64,000 bases of DNA from Flavobacteriales bacterium (lineage in GTDB: Bacteria; Bacteroidota; Bacteroidia; Flavobacteriales; BACL11): the NCBI GenBank assembly GCA_002712715.1, contig PAUF01000007.1, positions 13,644-77,643 on the forward strand, in the 5' to 3' direction. Within the stretch, counting starts at the first letter, position 1. The number at the start of each line of letters is the position of its first letter. The notes under the pieces were generated by a model. It was given only the letters and a program-made list of their open reading frames with translations. It was not told the origin of the DNA and did no database searches. The position numbers and the translations under genes are program-made. Positions 38,404-49,352 of the stretch are shown piece after piece.

Positions 38404-39798
38404 ATGAAAAAAATTTACAATTATATATTATTACTATTGATAATCTTTATTGGTATTAATTTTTATTTTGACATCTCCTCATCTCTTAATAAACAACATA
38501 TTAAAAATAACGATACACTTGAAAAAGAACAGGATGTAAAAAAAACTAAACTACTAAGTGTTGATGACGTATTAAATAGTGGAGGAGTAAAAAATATTGC
38601 AAATTCTGAAAATACAAATACTTTTAATCCCATACCTTTAAAACTCAGTGATTCTGCCAAATCCGGATACGCGTTTTACTCTTTAAATGGTATAATTAAA
38701 GAAAATGAATCTTTAGATTTTATTTTTAAGAAATATAATGTTAGTGATAACCAAATATATAAACTTGTAAATATTTGTAAAGATCAATTTGACTTTACAA
38801 GCGTGGGGGCTGGTCGTGAATACTCTGTTATTTACCTAGATACCATCAAAAATTCTCAAGAATTTTCTAAGACTAAATTAATATCTTTTATATATAACAT
38901 AAATAAAATAGATTATATTATTTTTAATTTTAAGGATACTATAAGCTATAGAATTGGGAAAAAAAAGGTCTTAATTAAAGAGAATTTCATTGCCGGAAGC
39001 ATAAATAAAGGAGAAGGATTGTGGATTGCTCTATCAAAAAAATTAGGTGATAAAAAAACAGGTCTATTAGTAGAAATCCTAGCTAATGACATTTTTCCTT
39101 GGACAATTGATTTTTATAGGGTTCAAGAAAATGATTCTTTTTCCATCTATTTTGAGGAACGATACGTTGAAAAAGAATATGTCGATATAGGACAGGTCTT
39201 TGCCGCCTCTTTTACTCACAACAAAAATACAATTAACGCTTTCCAATTCGAAGAAAACACTGATATCGTTGATTATTTTGATGATAAGGGGAATAATTTA
39301 AGAAGGAACTTTCTAAAAGCTCCTTTAAAATTTAAGAGAATTAGCTCTCGCTATGGCATGAGAAAACATCCTGTTTCTGGAAAGTTTAAAAAACATACTG
39401 GCATAGACTATGCGGCTCCAACAGGAACTAAAGTTATGGCAACAGCAAAAGGAGAGGTTGTCAAAGCAGTGATTTCTAATAGAGGGTACGGAAATTATGT
39501 TGAAATAAAGCACAATGAAAAATACAAAACTTTATACGCTCACTTGCATAAAATTAAAAAAGGAATAAAGAAGGGATCTGTTGTACATCAAGGTCAAACC
39601 ATTGGTTACGTTGGGTCAACGGGCCGCTCGACAGGACCTCATTTGCACTATGAATTTAAAGTAAATAACAAGCATGTTGACCCTTATAAACAAAAATTGC
39701 CTGCGGCAGACCCTCTAAAACCAGAAAAAATGGAGGAATTTTCTTCAATTAAGGATGACTATTTATCAAAAATAAATGATTACTTAAAAAATAAATGA
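38404..39798 (+). CDS. M23-family metallopeptidase
   Basis: 464 aa with an N-terminal anchor. Catalytic motifs HTGIDYAAPTGT and GSTGRSTGPHLHYEF. Confidence 0.85.
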   Translation: MKKIYNYILLLLIIFIGINFYFDISSSLNKQHIKNNDTLEKEQDVKKTKLLSVDDVLNSGGVKNIANSENTNTFNPIPLKLSDSAKSGYAFYSLNGIIKENESLDFIFKKYNVSDNQIYKLVNICKDQFDFTSVGAGREYSVIYLDTIKNSQEFSKTKLISFIYNINKIDYIIFNFKDTISYRIGKKKVLIKENFIAGSINKGEGLWIALSKKLGDKKTGLLVEILANDIFPWTIDFYRVQENDSFSIYFEERYVEKEYVDIGQVFAASFTHNKNTINAFQFEENTDIVDYFDDKGNNLRRNFLKAPLKFKRISSRYGMRKHPVSGKFKKHTGIDYAAPTGTKVMATAKGEVVKAVISNRGYGNYVEIKHNEKYKTLYAHLHKIKKGIKKGSVVHQGQTIGYVGSTGRSTGPHLHYEFKVNNKHVDPYKQKLPAADPLKPEKMEEFSSIKDDYLSKINDYLKNK

Positions 39799-42700
39799 TA
39801 AATAAACATATCGTAATCAAAAACACTGCCTTGTTTTTTATATTCATGTGCTTAAATTTATATTCTCAAGCATCAAATAAATTTATAGAGAATAAAGGTC
39901 AAGAAAACGAAAAGGTTATCGCAACACTGAAAATTCCTGGGGGTTCTGTTTTTCTTGAAAAGAATAAGTTTTTATACTCCTTTTTTAATCAAAAGCAGAT
40001 AAAGGATCAACATGATCTTTTATTAAAATATGATAAAATTGATGCTCACTGCATAAAAGCTGAATTTGTTAAATCGAATGAAAATGTATCTATCCAACTT
40101 AAAAATAAAAGCTCCTACTATCATAACTATTACTATAGAAAAAAATTCATAGATAATGTCAGATTATATGACTCTGTTATCTACAAAAATTTATATCAAG
40201 GTATTGATATGCGTATGTACCATAGTAATGAATTGAAGTATGACTTTATTATTTCTCCAAATATACAGGTTAACAAAATAAAGATTAAGTATAGTGGGCA
40301 AAACAGTATTAAATTAAAAAACGGGAATGTCATTATTGAAACAAGCGTAAATACTATTACTGAATTACAGCCATACAGCTATCAAATAATAAATGATGTA
40401 ATACAAGAAGTGAAAAGTGAGTTCAAATTAAATAACAATATACTTAGTTTTTATTTCCCTGAGGGATATGATCGAACAAAAAAGCTAATTATTGATCCTT
40501 CCTTAATCTTCTCTACATATTCAGGTTCTACTGCTGATAATTTTGGATATACTGCAACATTTGATAAAAATGGGTTTTTATACTCAGCAGGAACTGTTTT
40601 CGGTACAGGATATCCTATAACAACTGGAGCTTATCAAATTAATTATATGAATAATTCTGGCGGCACTGACATTGGCATAACTAAGTATGATACCTCAGGA
40701 ACATATAGAATATACTCTACATATCTAGGAGGAAGCATGGACGAATTACCTCATAGCATGATTGTAAATCACTTAGGAGAACTATTTATTTTTGGAACTA
40801 CCGGTTCAAAAGATTTTCCAATAACAAGCAGCGCTTATGACCTAACTTTTAACGGAGGTAATGGATTTTCTCCTTCTGGGCTTGGAGTATCTTTTCCTAA
40901 CGGCAGTGATATTTTTATTTGCAGAATAAGTGCGGATGGTGGAAGTCTACTTGCTTCCACTTATATTGGAGGATCTGGTAATGATGGATTAAATATTGCG
41001 ACAAAACTTAGAAAAAACTATGCTGATGAGGTTAGGGGTGAAATAGATATCGATAATAATAATAACATTTATTTAGCAACCTCTACATATTCTAGTGACT
41101 TCCCAACAACAAACTCGTTTCAATCCAATAATTCTGGTGGGCAAGAAGGATGTATTTTAAAAATGGATAACCAGCTTTCAACAATAATTTGGAGTTCGTA
41201 TTTAGGAGGGACAAAAGATGATGCTATTTATTCTCTTTCAATAGATGACAGTAATAATGTTTTTTTGGTAGGAGGAACTAACTCTGATGACTTTCCAGTA
41301 ACCTCTAACTCATACCAAAGCTTATATCAGGATTCAATTAAAGCAGATGCTTTTATTTGTCATGTCTCAAATAACGGGAATTTAATAATCAATTCATCTT
41401 ATTATGGGTCTAATCAATATGACCAAGCTTATTTTGTAGAATTAAATTCGAAAAACCAAATCTGCATATTTGGTCAAACTAATGCGCCTGCAAGCGAACT
41501 TATATATAACGCTAATTACTACCAAATTGGTTCAAGTCAATTCGTAGCAATCTTAAATTATGACTTAGATTCGCTAATTAAATCTACCAAAATAGGAACT
41601 AGTAAAGGATCTCCAGACATTTCTCCAACCGCTTTCTTAGTAGATGTTTGTAACAATATCTATTTGTCAGGATGGGGAAGTAATACTGGAAATGGCTCTC
41701 TCTCTACTATTAACCTTCCAATAAGTAATAATGCATACCAAAATACCACTGATGGAAATGATTTTTACGTAATGGTTTTAGACAAGAACCTAGATAGTTT
41801 AATTTACGCAACATACTTTGGAGGATCTCAAAGCGCTGAACATGTAGATGGTGGCACTAGTAGGTTTGATGAAAAGGGAGTAATATATCAATCTGTATGC
41901 GCGGGTTGCGGAAATAATGATGATTTTCCTATAGTACCTAATCCAGGAGCTGTCTCAGCAACTAACAATAGTAATAACTGTAACAATGGAGTATTTAAAT
42001 TTGACTTTAATCTCCCTATCTTACTAGCTGATTTTGAATGTCCTGAAATTTCTTGCGAAAAAGAAATTAATTTTAATAATTTGACCGATTTTAATAATCC
42101 AACTGATTTTTTATGGGACTTTGGAGATGGCAATATTTCTAACCTTGAAAATCCAATTCATCAATATCAAGCTGGTGGAGAATACCTAATTACTCTAATC
42201 GCAAATTCTAGAAATTCTTGCAATTTCTCCGATACTATAACAAAAACAATATATATTATTAATGACATTTCAATTAACCTTGCAGAAAAATCAATATGCA
42301 AGTCAGAATCAATACAAATAGGAATACCCCCAATTAATGATACCTCCATCTCATACCTTTGGACACCATCAAATGGAATATCCAATACTATGATATCAAA
42401 TCCTTATACTTCAACTAATTCCACAATTACTTATAATCTTATAATCTATAACAACAGATGTTCTGATACTCTAAGTCAAATTATCAATGTTGATAGTATC
42501 GAAATTATGCTAGCTGATGACTCATCCTTTTGCAAAGACCCAATACAATTATTCTTACAAACTAATGGTTTTGTTAATTCTTACCATTGGTCAACGAACA
42601 GTGTTTTTTCAGATACTATTAGCGACACTAACTACTATATAGCAAATTCCATAGGAATATATTATATTAAAGTTAAAAACAACAATTGCCAGGTTATAGA

Positions 42701-43481
42701 TAGTATAATAATATTTAATGATAATATTCTAACTTCTCTAAGCGGAACCGAAGAAATATGTATTGGAGATTCTGCATACATAAAAATTAATGACCTCAGT
42801 CCTCTAAATCCAATCACATCCCTAACTTGGGAATCAGAATATGATATGACATTTAATGAAGACTCTAGCTGTATAATATCATACCCCGATAGCTCCACAT
42901 ACTACAAAGTAATAGTGACTAATTCATTAGGGTGTGTTAAAAATGACTCTATAAAAGTAGGAGTGCGTCAATATCCAATTTATGATTCAATATGGGCCTC
43001 TAAATATGTTATTATGCAGGGAGAAATTACAAATCTATATGTATCTTCAAATGATAGTTTCTTTTGGGAATTCAATATCCAATCAAATCCATTAATTGTT
43101 AGCCCTGATACATCAACTACATATTTAATAACAATATATAACGAAAGCTGCCTCATTAATGACTCTATTACAATCTACGTAAATCAATATTTATGCGATT
43201 TATCTAATATTATTATTCCCACAGCTTTTAGCCCAAACAAAGACGGCGTCAATGATTATTATAAAATCTCTGACAATGATAATATTATATCTAACATGAA
43301 ATTCGAGATATACAATAGATTTGGAGAAAAGGTATATAGTTCTAACAATATTAATGACAAATGGAATGGTGAATTTAAGCAAGAATTATTGTCAATGCAA
43401 GTGCTAAATTATTATCTGAAAATAGACTGTCATAACCAAAGCACCATATTCAAAAAAGGAAATATTACCTTAATTAGATGA
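39795..43481 (+). CDS. large surface protein: SBBP beta-propeller repeats, PKD domain and T9SS type B C-terminal sorting domain
   Basis: 1228 aa with a signal peptide. Repeated ..YSTYLGGS..D....I..D....I...GTT.S.DFP.T.. units (SBBP-like). PKD motif WDFGDGNISNLENPIHQY. C-terminus IIIPTAFSPNKDGVNDYYKI...KGNITLIR. ATGA overlaps at both ends. Confidence 0.8.
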   Translation: MINKHIVIKNTALFFIFMCLNLYSQASNKFIENKGQENEKVIATLKIPGGSVFLEKNKFLYSFFNQKQIKDQHDLLLKYDKIDAHCIKAEFVKSNENVSIQLKNKSSYYHNYYYRKKFIDNVRLYDSVIYKNLYQGIDMRMYHSNELKYDFIISPNIQVNKIKIKYSGQNSIKLKNGNVIIETSVNTITELQPYSYQIINDVIQEVKSEFKLNNNILSFYFPEGYDRTKKLIIDPSLIFSTYSGSTADNFGYTATFDKNGFLYSAGTVFGTGYPITTGAYQINYMNNSGGTDIGITKYDTSGTYRIYSTYLGGSMDELPHSMIVNHLGELFIFGTTGSKDFPITSSAYDLTFNGGNGFSPSGLGVSFPNGSDIFICRISADGGSLLASTYIGGSGNDGLNIATKLRKNYADEVRGEIDIDNNNNIYLATSTYSSDFPTTNSFQSNNSGGQEGCILKMDNQLSTIIWSSYLGGTKDDAIYSLSIDDSNNVFLVGGTNSDDFPVTSNSYQSLYQDSIKADAFICHVSNNGNLIINSSYYGSNQYDQAYFVELNSKNQICIFGQTNAPASELIYNANYYQIGSSQFVAILNYDLDSLIKSTKIGTSKGSPDISPTAFLVDVCNNIYLSGWGSNTGNGSLSTINLPISNNAYQNTTDGNDFYVMVLDKNLDSLIYATYFGGSQSAEHVDGGTSRFDEKGVIYQSVCAGCGNNDDFPIVPNPGAVSATNNSNNCNNGVFKFDFNLPILLADFECPEISCEKEINFNNLTDFNNPTDFLWDFGDGNISNLENPIHQYQAGGEYLITLIANSRNSCNFSDTITKTIYIINDISINLAEKSICKSESIQIGIPPINDTSISYLWTPSNGISNTMISNPYTSTNSTITYNLIIYNNRCSDTLSQIINVDSIEIMLADDSSFCKDPIQLFLQTNGFVNSYHWSTNSVFSDTISDTNYYIANSIGIYYIKVKNNNCQVIDSIIIFNDNILTSLSGTEEICIGDSAYIKINDLSPLNPITSLTWESEYDMTFNEDSSCIISYPDSSTYYKVIVTNSLGCVKNDSIKVGVRQYPIYDSIWASKYVIMQGEITNLYVSSNDSFFWEFNIQSNPLIVSPDTSTTYLITIYNESCLINDSITIYVNQYLCDLSNIIIPTAFSPNKDGVNDYYKISDNDNIISNMKFEIYNRFGEKVYSSNNINDKWNGEFKQELLSMQVLNYYLKIDCHNQSTIFKKGNITLIR

Positions 43482-44422
43482 AAAGAATTATTTTTTTAAT
43501 ATTAATGTCTCATACTTTTTTCATGTTCACTCAAGACATCCATTTCTCTCAAATTTTTGGCGACAATATTATAATTAATCCAGCCAAAATTGGGTCTTCC
43601 AATAATGATTATAGATTTTGTATTCAAAGAAAATCTCAGTGGAAATCTATCGGAGCTCCATATACATCTTTTTCTTCCACCTATGAATCTAAAAATTTGT
43701 TGAATAGATTAAATGTAGGTATACAATTTTTATCTGACAAGTCTGGAGACGGGCAACTTCAACAACACATCGTTAATTTAGGATTAAGTAAAAATTACAA
43801 ATTTCATGACAAAGATGATTTTTCTCTAGGGTTATTGTTTGGTCTTGGTCAGCTATCAATTGATTATTCTAATCTAATCTTTGAAACTCCAGAAAATTTT
43901 ATGAATTCTAATTTCTTATACCCTGATTTATCCGCAGGATTTCATTATTCAATTTTATTAAGTAATTCTATAAAAAGCGGTTTTGGTTGCGCAGTATATC
44001 ATATAACTAAGCCTAAATACTCATTATATAATGACAAAAATGTGTTCTTAAATAGAAAGAATAATTTTTATTTTGATCTATCTCAAGACTATAATGATGA
44101 TCTTAAAATTATCTATAAAGCGCTTTATTCTAAGCAAGGTAATACTCAAGAACTTCTTTTAGGGATTCATCCAAATATAGATTTAGAAGAAATAATTATT
44201 AATCCAATGCTATTTTATAGATTAAAAGATGCTTATGTATTTGGAATAGGTTTTAAAACAAACCATATTAATTTTAATATTAGTTACGACATAAACATTT
44301 CTGATCTTAATATAGCATCAACAAGTCGTGGAGGATTTGAATTCTCCATCGTCTATTTGTGGAATAAAAAATATAATCATAAAAAATATAATATAGATCC
44401 CAAATGTCCAAATTTTATTTAA
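43478..44422 (+). CDS. type IX secretion system membrane protein, PorP/SprF family
   Basis: 314 aa with a signal peptide, then FTQDIHFSQIFGDNIIINPAKIGS (PorP/SprF N-terminal motif). Lies directly downstream of the type B cargo gene. Confidence 0.8.
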   Translation: MKRIIFLILMSHTFFMFTQDIHFSQIFGDNIIINPAKIGSSNNDYRFCIQRKSQWKSIGAPYTSFSSTYESKNLLNRLNVGIQFLSDKSGDGQLQQHIVNLGLSKNYKFHDKDDFSLGLLFGLGQLSIDYSNLIFETPENFMNSNFLYPDLSAGFHYSILLSNSIKSGFGCAVYHITKPKYSLYNDKNVFLNRKNNFYFDLSQDYNDDLKIIYKALYSKQGNTQELLLGIHPNIDLEEIIINPMLFYRLKDAYVFGIGFKTNHINFNISYDINISDLNIASTSRGGFEFSIVYLWNKKYNHKKYNIDPKCPNFI

Positions 44423-45843
44423 ATATAATCTGCGCTATATTACCATTTTTCTTGGCAAGTCAAGAGAAAGTAAATTTTAAAAGGCTGTCAAATAATATTA
44501 ACAGTAACGATACCGAAATTAACTTTATTCAAATTGATGAAAACACAGCGCTATATACATCTACGTTCAATGAAAAAAATGATAAGGGAATTAATGAACA
44601 GAAATCAGCTATTTTTAAATCTATTAGAAAAAATGAAGAGTGGCTTAAGGGCTCATACTTTGACTTGCAAATTAATCAATCCGTAGCAAATATTTCACCA
44701 TCTCATGATATTAACATAATGTATATCAGTATTTGCAAACAATTAAATAATTGTAAAATTGCTAGAGTAAACATTAATAATTATTCGTTTGAATATTTAA
44801 ATGAAAATATTAATCAAGAGGGATGCAGAAATACTCAGCCTCACTATACTACACATAATAATCAACGCGTATTGTATTTTTCTTCAAACAGAAAGGGTGG
44901 AATGGGTGGATTTGATATATGGTTTAGTATTATTGATGAAAAGGGAAATTTCGGGGCTCCTATAAATGCTGGAGTAAGAGTAAATAGCGAATATGATGAA
45001 GTTACTCCATTTTATAATTTATTTTCTGAAAAATTATTTTATAGTTCAAATTCTAATGGTCAAAAATCTGGATTTGATATTTATAATATTGATGGAGCTC
45101 TTAATAAATGGGGATATAAAGAAGAAGTTGAATGGATGAATTCTAAACAAGATGATCTATACCCATTTTTTATCAAAAAAAATGAAGGGTTTTTGTCATC
45201 AAATAGGCCATTGTCTTTAACTAAAGACTCGATGATTTGCTGTAATGATATATTTTATTTTCACTTTCCTGAAGATACTACAACCATAAAAAAACCTGAT
45301 TCATCTATTCCTTTTGATCCTATAATACTATATTTTCACAATGATGAACCCGACCCTAAGAGTCTAAAAAAACATACTAATACAGATTATCTATCATCAT
45401 ATATTTCATATTTTCAAAAAAAAGATCTATATCTAAAAATCAATCCCAGCAACGAGATATCAGCCTTTTTCAATTTTACTCTAAAGAATAACTTCAATAA
45501 ACTAAATGATCTTTTAAACAAAATATTAATAGCTTTGGAAAATGAAGAAAAAATAGAACTCTATGTAAAAGGATACGCTAGTCCACTTTCAAGCGATTCA
45601 TATAATAGCATACTTTCTAAAAGAAGAATTAATAATCTGATTAATTATATTTCAAACTTTAATAATGGAAAATTTGTTGTCTTCTTGCAAAATAAAAATT
45701 TAAAAATAATCGAAGTTTCTTATGGTGAAAGCATGGCGAAAATTAATACAAGCGATGACCCTAGCGCTGTCAAAAAATCTATCTACAGTATTGAAGCTAT
45801 GAATGAAAGAAAAATAGAAATTATTAATTTAATTAGCAAATAA
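44404..45843 (+). CDS. PD40/TolB-repeat-like plus degenerate OmpA-like C-terminal domain protein
   Basis: 479 aa with a signal peptide. YFSSNRKGGMGGFDIWFS and LFYSSNSNGQKSGFDIY are PD40-like. The C-terminal LYVKGYASPLSSDSYNSILSKRRINNL resembles the OmpA-like peptidoglycan-binding region. Confidence 0.6.
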   Translation: MSKFYLNIICAILPFFLASQEKVNFKRLSNNINSNDTEINFIQIDENTALYTSTFNEKNDKGINEQKSAIFKSIRKNEEWLKGSYFDLQINQSVANISPSHDINIMYISICKQLNNCKIARVNINNYSFEYLNENINQEGCRNTQPHYTTHNNQRVLYFSSNRKGGMGGFDIWFSIIDEKGNFGAPINAGVRVNSEYDEVTPFYNLFSEKLFYSSNSNGQKSGFDIYNIDGALNKWGYKEEVEWMNSKQDDLYPFFIKKNEGFLSSNRPLSLTKDSMICCNDIFYFHFPEDTTTIKKPDSSIPFDPIILYFHNDEPDPKSLKKHTNTDYLSSYISYFQKKDLYLKINPSNEISAFFNFTLKNNFNKLNDLLNKILIALENEEKIELYVKGYASPLSSDSYNSILSKRRINNLINYISNFNNGKFVVFLQNKNLKIIEVSYGESMAKINTSDDPSAVKKSIYSIEAMNERKIEIINLISK

Positions 45844-46503
45844 ACTATATATAAACCCAAGCTGAAAAATAAATCCTACGCAAAAACCAATATAGACCTG
45901 AGAACAATTGTGAGATCCTTGATATATTCTTACCATACCTAAAATTCCAGAAGCTAAGATAGAAAGAGAAATAACTTCGAAAAGACCTCCATAATTCATA
46001 TGTAAAGCTCCCATTGTTCCTACAAGACCCCCAATTCCTAACATGTGCAAACTAATTTTCCACTTAATAGAAATAATTAATGCTATAATAATTTGAAACA
46101 TTATTGAAACATAAATAAGGTCGATCAAAGCAGATTCTAAAAAATAACCTAAATAATCTAAATAAAAATACCCAAATGTTGAAGAAATAAAAACAACTGC
46201 CAATACATATACCCTCTCATATGAGTTTTTCATTTTAAAATCTTTTGGATATATTGAATGTAGGTATTTGCTTATCTTTAAAATCAACTTTTTAAAGTAA
46301 GTGGAAACAATCAGGTTTAGCATTATCGATATTACTAATAAAGGAATAATAGTTGTGAAAATGAGTATTAGCATTAAAAACAACTCAGGAGAAGAAAAAA
46401 TAACACTAAAATATGGAATGAATTTTGTGGAAAGCAAGAAGACAATCGTAGGAATAAATACTGGATGAAATAAAACGGAGATTAAATCTGCAATTCTTTT
46501 CAT
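45829..46503 (-). CDS. polytopic membrane protein, divergent PAP2-superfamily-like
   Basis: 224 aa, about 6 TM helices. KISLHM and VRIYQGSHNCSQVYIGFCVG resemble the PSGH and SRxxxGxHxxxD motifs of PAP2 phosphatases, with the final Asp replaced. Confidence 0.45.
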   Translation of the reverse strand: MKRIADLISVLFHPVFIPTIVFLLSTKFIPYFSVIFSSPELFLMLILIFTTIIPLLVISIMLNLIVSTYFKKLILKISKYLHSIYPKDFKMKNSYERVYVLAVVFISSTFGYFYLDYLGYFLESALIDLIYVSIMFQIIIALIISIKWKISLHMLGIGGLVGTMGALHMNYGGLFEVISLSILASGILGMVRIYQGSHNCSQVYIGFCVGFIFQLGFIYSLFAN

Positions 46504-47843
46504 AATAACCTTCTATATTTAGAAGATCTAATGTTTAGCTTATCCCTGTATTTCGCTACTGTCCTTCTGGAAATAAAATATTCTGATTCTCCTAACAATT
46601 CACATAACAATTCATCTGTATAAGGATTTTTTTTATCCTCTTTTTCAATAATTTCTGATAATTTTTTCTTGATTGCATTCGTAGAAACAACCTCTCCATT
46701 GTCTTTTCTGTAAGCCTCAGAAAACAGATCTTTTAATAAAAAGGTTCCAAAATGAGTTTCAACATATTTGCTGTTTGAAACTCTAGATATGGTAGATAAA
46801 TCTAATCCTGTAACCTCTGAAATGTCTGCTAATTTCATAGGAAGCATATCTGATTCATCACTAGTAACAAAGTATTTTTGTTGAATACTAAAAATAACAT
46901 TCATTACCTTAAATAAGGTTTGATTTCTTTGTGAAATCGCTTCTTTAAACCAAAGCGCAGCGTCAATTTTATCTTTTAAAAACTTCTTTGTTTTCAAATC
47001 GCTTGTTTCTTTTTGTAATTTCAGATAATGTGAATTAACCGCCAAATTACTTATATCACTTTTATTAACTATTAATGTCTGCTTGCCATCAATATGCAAT
47101 ATTTTAAAATCTGGAACAATGTATTCTGTTCTAGTGTTCTCATTAAAGTTAGAAGCTGGATATGGATTTAGCTTCTCAATGATTTCATACACCTTCGACA
47201 ATCTCGATTTAGAAATATTTATTGATTTCAAAATTAATTCGAAGTTTTTCTTGCTAAAAGCGTTATAATTAGTTTCTAATATTTTAATAGCTAATTTTAT
47301 AATGTTTGACTCCTGTTTGTTTTTTAATTGGATCATAAGACATTCCTGAAGACTCCTTGCTCCAACGCCAAATGGTTCTAACTTCTGAATTATTAATAAA
47401 GATTCTGAAACTTCTTTCTCTGAATACTGGATTCCTAAGCTAATTTCAATATCACTAGCAATGGAATATAAATCTCTATTCAAATAACCTGAATCATCTA
47501 AACTATCAATCAGATATTCTATCAGTAAGAGGTCTCTCTCTGAAAGATTAAATAGCAGTATTTGTTTTTTTAAATGATCCTGTAAACTTTCTTCATGATT
47601 CGATAATTGAAAATCAGGTACTGGTTCATTAAAATTATTATAGGTTTTATAATGATCATTTATATTTGATTCAGGATCTAAGTTTTCTAATTCTTCAGAT
47701 TCTTCTAAAGCGGGATTGTCTTCTATTTCTTCTTGAATTCTAGCGTTTAAAGAGGTAATAGGTATTTGAAGCAATCCTAAGAATTGAATCTGCTGCGGGG
47801 TTATATTTAATCCTAATTTTTGCTTTAGATTTTGTTTTTGCAT
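46500..47843 (-). CDS. rpoN: RNA polymerase sigma-54 factor
   Basis: 447 aa. N-terminal LGLNITPQQIQFLGLLQIP, core-binding ARSLQECLMIQL, and the C-terminal RpoN box ISRRTVAKYRDKL. Confidence 0.9.
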   Translation of the reverse strand: MQKQNLKQKLGLNITPQQIQFLGLLQIPITSLNARIQEEIEDNPALEESEELENLDPESNINDHYKTYNNFNEPVPDFQLSNHEESLQDHLKKQILLFNLSERDLLLIEYLIDSLDDSGYLNRDLYSIASDIEISLGIQYSEKEVSESLLIIQKLEPFGVGARSLQECLMIQLKNKQESNIIKLAIKILETNYNAFSKKNFELILKSINISKSRLSKVYEIIEKLNPYPASNFNENTRTEYIVPDFKILHIDGKQTLIVNKSDISNLAVNSHYLKLQKETSDLKTKKFLKDKIDAALWFKEAISQRNQTLFKVMNVIFSIQQKYFVTSDESDMLPMKLADISEVTGLDLSTISRVSNSKYVETHFGTFLLKDLFSEAYRKDNGEVVSTNAIKKKLSEIIEKEDKKNPYTDELLCELLGESEYFISRRTVAKYRDKLNIRSSKYRRLL

Positions 47844-47845
47844 AT

Positions 47846-49288
47846 TTAAAATTCTGCATGCTGAGGAGTTCTTGGGAATGGTATAACATCTCTAATATTC
47901 TTCATCCCAGTAACAAACATCATAAGTCTTTCAAACCCCAATCCAAATCCAGAGTGGTTACACGTTCCGAATTTTCTCGTTTCTAAGTACCACCATAAAT
48001 CTTTTTGATGTATTCCCATCTCACTCATTCTATTTTTCAATTTATCTAAATTTTCTTCTCTTTGAGACCCTCCAACAATTTCACCAATTAATGGGAAAAG
48101 AATATCCATAGCTCTAACTGTTTTATTATCATCATTTAACTTCATATAAAAGGCCTTGATTTTTTTTGGATAATCAGTAATAATTACAGGCTTCTTGAAT
48201 TTCTTTTCAACTAAGTATCTCTCATGCTCTGACTGTAAATCATCTCCAAAACCACTAATAACATAATTAAACTTTTTAGATTTATTAGGCTTGCTAGATT
48301 TTAAAATCTCAATTGCTTGAGAATATGTAATTCTTTCAAATTCTGATTCAACAACAAAATTCAATCTTTGTATCAACCCCATTGGAGATCTTTCATGTTT
48401 TTTCAACTGAATCTCTTCATCATTTAACCTTTTATCCAAAAACAATAAGTCATCATTACAATTAGATAAACAATAAGAAATACAATATTTCAAAAAGTCT
48501 TCTGCCAAGTTCATATTTTGATATAAATCAGAAAATGCAACTTCTGGTTCTATCATCCAAAATTCTGAAAGGTGTCTTGAAGTATTAGAGTTTTCTGCCC
48601 TAAATGTTGGGCCAAACGTATAAACTTTTCCCAATCCTAAAGCAGCCAACTCCGCTTCTAACTGTCCTGAAACGGTTAAACTTGTTTTAGTTCCAAAAAA
48701 ATCATTAGCATAATCTATGTTATTAGACTTCTTTGATATAGATGATAAGTCAAGGTTAGTTACTTGAAACATCTCTCCCGCGCCCTCCGCGTCCGCGCTT
48801 GTAATTATTGGAGTATGAATTATTGAAAAACCCCTATCGTTAAAAAACTTATGTATAGCAAACGATAAATGGTGCCTAATCCTAAAAACTGCAGAAAATG
48901 TGCTAGTTCTAAATCTCAAATGAGCTTTTTCTCTTAAAAATTCTAACGAATGTTTTTTTGGCTGTAATGGATAATCATCCGCATCTGACTCTCCAAGAAT
49001 ATCAATTTCTTTTGCTTGTATTTCTAATTTTTGCTTCGAGCCCTGCGAGGCAATCAGCTTGCCTTTGACAACAATTGCTGAACCAGTTGTTATTTTTTTT
49101 AAAAATTTTTCATCAAAATATTTGATTTCTGCAACTATTTGTATGTTATGAATAGTGGATCCATCATTCAAAGCAATAAAAGAAACATTTTTGCTTCCTC
49201 TTTTAGTTCTCACCCAGCCTTTAACACAACAATCTTTCTTGCTATCTCCTTTTATAGAAAGTAGCTCTTTGATTTCTATTCTATTCAT
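47846..49288 (-). CDS. asnS: asparagine--tRNA ligase
   Basis: 480 aa with an OB-fold N-terminus and class II motifs ([30 protein letters not shown]). Confidence 0.95.
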   Translation of the reverse strand: MNRIEIKELLSIKGDSKKDCCVKGWVRTKRGSKNVSFIALNDGSTIHNIQIVAEIKYFDEKFLKKITTGSAIVVKGKLIASQGSKQKLEIQAKEIDILGESDADDYPLQPKKHSLEFLREKAHLRFRTSTFSAVFRIRHHLSFAIHKFFNDRGFSIIHTPIITSADAEGAGEMFQVTNLDLSSISKKSNNIDYANDFFGTKTSLTVSGQLEAELAALGLGKVYTFGPTFRAENSNTSRHLSEFWMIEPEVAFSDLYQNMNLAEDFLKYCISYCLSNCNDDLLFLDKRLNDEEIQLKKHERSPMGLIQRLNFVVESEFERITYSQAIEILKSSKPNKSKKFNYVISGFGDDLQSEHERYLVEKKFKKPVIITDYPKKIKAFYMKLNDDNKTVRAMDILFPLIGEIVGGSQREENLDKLKNRMSEMGIHQKDLWWYLETRKFGTCNHSGFGLGFERLMMFVTGMKNIRDVIPFPRTPQHAEF

Positions 49289-49307
49289 ATTAAAATTGTT
49301 TTGTACA

Positions 49308-49315
49308 CAAATATA
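49308..49315 (-). promoter_or_regulatory. candidate -7 box TATATTTG for asnS
   Basis: Minus strand reads TATATTTG, 19 nt upstream of the ATG at 49288. Confidence 0.3.
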
Positions 49316-49352
49316 TAGCTTTAGAAAATTTTTTCAATACTTAATTACTAAT

